Shown here in pieces: positions 60,882 through 64,000 of a DNA stretch of 64,000 nucleotides. The stretch covers positions 416,001 through 480,000 of the forward strand of contig OZ253580.1 of the NCBI GenBank assembly GCA_965263035.1, given 5' to 3'. Positions within the stretch are counted from its first letter, which is position 1; each line of letters starts with the position of its first letter. The DNA comes from Acidobacteriota bacterium (lineage in GTDB: Bacteria; Acidobacteriota; UBA6911; RPQK01; JAJDTT01). A program made the position numbers and the translations under genes. The notes beneath the pieces are model-generated. The model searched no databases. It was not told the DNA's origin and saw only the letters and a list, made by a program, of their open reading frames with translations.

Positions 60882-62531
60882 GTTCTCATCCGGAAAGCCG
60901 TAAGTTATTGGGAAATAAGGACTAAGGAGGCATTTTCAAGCCCCGGTTCTGTCATAGTCGTTTGGTAGTCTATTGGTGCTAAATAAAAGCAACCAAATGA
61001 CTTACACAAAACCGGGGGCTTGAACAATGCGTCGAAAACGGGAAAACCAGCTTCCGCTCTCCGGGCTCTGGCCCGGTCACCGACTCGCCCAGGAATTGAA
61101 AGCTGTTTCCAAGATCTTGGATGACAACCCCTCGATCCTGAGTCTGGTTCTACACGATCTGTGTGACACCGCCGGTTCAGGCCAGGGGGCTCCGGGTCTC
61201 TCCGCAGAGCAGGTCCTGCGCGCGGCCATCCTCAAGAACTGGCATCAGCTGCCCTACACCAAGTTGGCGTTCCTCTGGAGCGACTCTCAGAGCTTTCGTC
61301 GCTTCGCTCGACTCCCTTGGCAATGGACCCCCAGTGCCTCCTGCCTCCAGGACAACATCAGCCGGATTCAAGCCGGAACCTGGCAGCAGATCAACCGGCT
61401 CCTGGTGCAATGGGCGGAGGGCCAGGGACTGGAACGGGGACGGAAGATCCGAGCCGATGCCACGGCCGTGGAAAGCCCCATCCCCTATCCGCGGGATTCC
61501 CAGATGTTGTCCGACTCGGTTCGAGTCCTCACCCGCTGGCTGCGCCGCTTGGCCCGACCTCACAAGATCGTCTTTTCGGATCACCGGCGCCGGGCCAAGC
61601 GACGCTGTTGCGAACATCGCCAACCACCGGGGCAAGCGTCGTCTGCGAGCCTATCGGGATCTGTTGAAGGTCGCTCGCAAGACCGCTCATGACGCCGAGA
61701 GGGCGCTGCGGCAAGCGGATCGGTTCACCGACCTGCCCAGTCTGGTCATCGCCGGTCAACTGCGCCATTACTTGGATTTGACGAAGAAGATCATCGACCA
61801 GACCGAGCGGCGTGTGCTGCGGGGAGAGACGGTTCCGGCCGCCGAGAAAGTCCTCTCCTTGTTTGAGGAGCACACCGACATCATCAAAAAGAAGCGCCGG
61901 GAAACGGTCTTTGGGCACAAGCTGTTTCTGACCGGCGGCGTCTCCGGCCTGATGCTGGATGCTGAGGTGGTGCGGGGGAACCCTAACGATGCCGGTCAGT
62001 TCCAGCCCTGGATGCGGCGCCAGTATGATCTGTACGGCCGTTGGCCTCGACAGGTCAGTTGTGACGGATGCTTTGCCAGCCGCTCCAATCTGGAGTGGGC
62101 CAAAAAGCAAGGCGTCCAGGATGTCGCCTTTGCCAAGAAACGCGGACTGAAGGTCCCTGAGATGGTGCGCTCCAGTTGGGTCTACCGGCAACTGCGACGC
62201 TTCCGGGCCGGCATCGAAGGGTGCATCTCGTGGCTCAAGCGAGTGTTCGGACTCGGACGCTGCACCTGGAAGGGCTGGCCCCACTTCCAGCAATATGTGT
62301 ACCTCTCGATCGTCAGCTTCAACCTGCTGGTGCTGGCCCGCCTGCTGCTGTAAGCGCAGCTTGAATCCATTGCCGATGCCCCGTCAGGGACTCGTGTCTT
62401 CAAAATCCGGGATCGGCTCTCAACGGACTTGAATTTCCTGCTTTCGGCCCCCATCGAGCCGGTTTATTGCAGTTTCCCCGGTCTTCCTCGGGCTACCCAA
62501 TCCCCCAAAACCCGACTTTCTGGATGAGAAC
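60882..62531 (+). mobile_element. ISNCY-type insertion sequence (1650 bp)
   Basis: TIRs GTTCTCATCCGGAAAG / CTTTCTGGATGAGAAC; TAGCCA target duplication. Confidence 0.88.
61027..62353 (+). pseudogene. ISNCY (IS5-like DDE) transposase with one frameshift
   Basis: GLSAEQVLRAA, RADATAVE, then EKVLSLFEEHTDII, FGHK, DGCFAS, FRAGIEGCISWLKR in a second frame after ~61608. Confidence 0.85.
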
Positions 62532-64000
62532 TAGCCAGTGCCTGACCCTGCGGGATCAAGGCGCACCCCCCGGCATCAGCGCCGTCATCGTCTATCCCAT
62601 GAACGCGTTGGCGGAAGACCAGTTGATGCGATTGCGCGGGCTGCTGGCGGGGACTGGGATTCCGTTCGGGATCTACGTTGGCAAGACGCCGGAGCGGGAG
62701 ACGGACGTGGCGGGAGTCCGGCTTCGGCCGGGATCCTCGCGCGCCACCTATATAGCCCGGTTAAAACGGGCGCGGCGCGAAGGCTCCGGCGAAACGGTAT
62801 ATCCCTCGGAAGAAGTCTGTTCCCGGGAGATCATGCGCACTGCCGGCCGGCAACCGAGGATACTGCTGACCAACGTCAAACAACTTGAGTTGTTGTTGAC
62901 GCGACAGCAGGACATCCAGCTGTTCTCCGATGCTCGTCTGGACTACCTGGGGTTCGATGAGGCGCATACCTTCACGGGCGCTATGGGCGCGGAGACGGCT
63001 TGTCTGATCCGGCGCCTCCGGGCCTTCTGCAATGCCGAAACCAGCCATACGGTCTGCGTCGCGACTTCGGCGACCATCGTTGATCACGACGATCCGGACG
63101 CCGCGCGCAGCTTCGCGTCGCGGTTCTTCGGCGTCTCCTCCGACAAGGTGACCACCGTCGGCGAGGACTATGCGGAAGAGATCTGGGACGAGCCTCGTTT
63201 CGTCCCACCGGAACCGGGCGAAGATCCGGAGGTCATCCTCAACCTGTGCGTCGGCGCGGTGGAGGACGAAGACCGATCCGGAGCCGGCATCCGAAGAGCC
63301 TATCGACTGCTTTCAGGGCAGAATCTGGGTCAGGGGAGTTGGCCGGAAGCGCTGCACCAAGCATTGTCCCGCAGCGACCTCGTCTACGGTCTCAACGAGG
63401 AATTGAAAACACCCAGGCCGTTGGAGGAACTCCCGGAAACCCTGGAGCAACGCGTGGGTCGGCCGGTGACGGAAACCGAGATCCTCGCTTGGTTGACTCT
63501 CGGCGCCGCCGCACGGCACCAAGAGCGTCCGCTGCTACGACCGGTCGTACACGGATTCGTGCGAGGCATCGGAGGCGCGGTCGTAACGTTTCCGGAGGAT
63601 TGGAACTCCGCACGGCTATGGCTCGCCGCCGAAGACAAAGGCCAGCACCAGGAGTTCGGCGAGAATGACGCCCACTTTCCCGTCACCACCTGCACGACTT
63701 GCGGGCAGCACTACTACGCCGCCTTCCTGAAGGATTTCGAATTCACCGGCAGTCGACCGGGCGGAGGGGAAGCCGGTTCGAATAGCCATTGGTGGCCGCC
63801 CCTGGAAGAGACTCTCGGCGGCAAGCGAGTCTTGCTGGTCGATCACCTGGTTGGCGCGGGCGACGACGAGGGGAGCCGTTCCACCACTCGCACGTCCCCG
63901 CTTCACTGCTGCCGAAAATGTGGAGCAGTGCATCCCCAGGCGGCTCCGCGGTGTCTTTCGTGTGGCGCCATGGCCTCCACCGTTCAATTGGATGCGATTC

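Larger units (their letters stand above)
60496..64000 (+). pseudogene. Large DEAH-box SF2 helicase, interrupted by ISNCY and running off the window end
   Basis: LYSHQERA, TGTGSGKTECF | YPMNALAEDQ, ILLTN, FDEAH, ATSAT, Cys pairs; the frame is restored when the IS is removed (IVSQCLTLRD). Confidence 0.9.

Noticed and set aside
61590-61625. Programmed frameshift in the ISNCY transposase
   Set aside because: No slippery A-run or heptamer at the shift; a mutation or read error is more likely

Overview
GC-rich bacterial DNA. The gene content (DUF1552, DUF1501, planctomycete-type cytochromes, FG-GAP protein, Rieske/cyt b-cyt c) points to Acidobacteriota or a PVC-like lineage, and a host-associated (e.g. 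sponge) lifestyle is possible; both are inferences. Positions 1-47 kb hold accessory metabolic and envelope genes, core genes (lysA, a UbiD-family decarboxylase, nfo, an aquaporin), two intact PIN toxin-antitoxin pairs and many broken genes. Positions 47-64 kb form a decaying defence-type island. It contains an AAA_14/DUF4143 ATPase coupled to a 1369-aa STAND NTPase with a C-terminal PD-(D/E)xK-like domain, a murein-endopeptidase remnant next to a secreted partner split by IS1380, an AlbA_2 protein, an XRE-ImmA/PIN pair and a DEAH helicase split by ISNCY. Several features read directly from the sequence are not resolved by the ORF track: (1) a 630-nt group IIC intron lacking its RT, inserted antisense next to a hairpin inside a dehydrogenase gene; (2) a 158-bp TTAA-flanked MITE adding exactly 54 codons in frame to a lipoprotein signal peptide; (3) three BIME-like REP arrays; (4) a collapsed ketosynthase-sulfotransferase locus; (5) a 25-bp tandem duplication frameshifting a CFA-synthase-like gene; (6) exact ends and target duplications of both IS elements. 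No tRNA, rRNA or CRISPR array was recognised. Family assignments come from motif recognition, not database searches.
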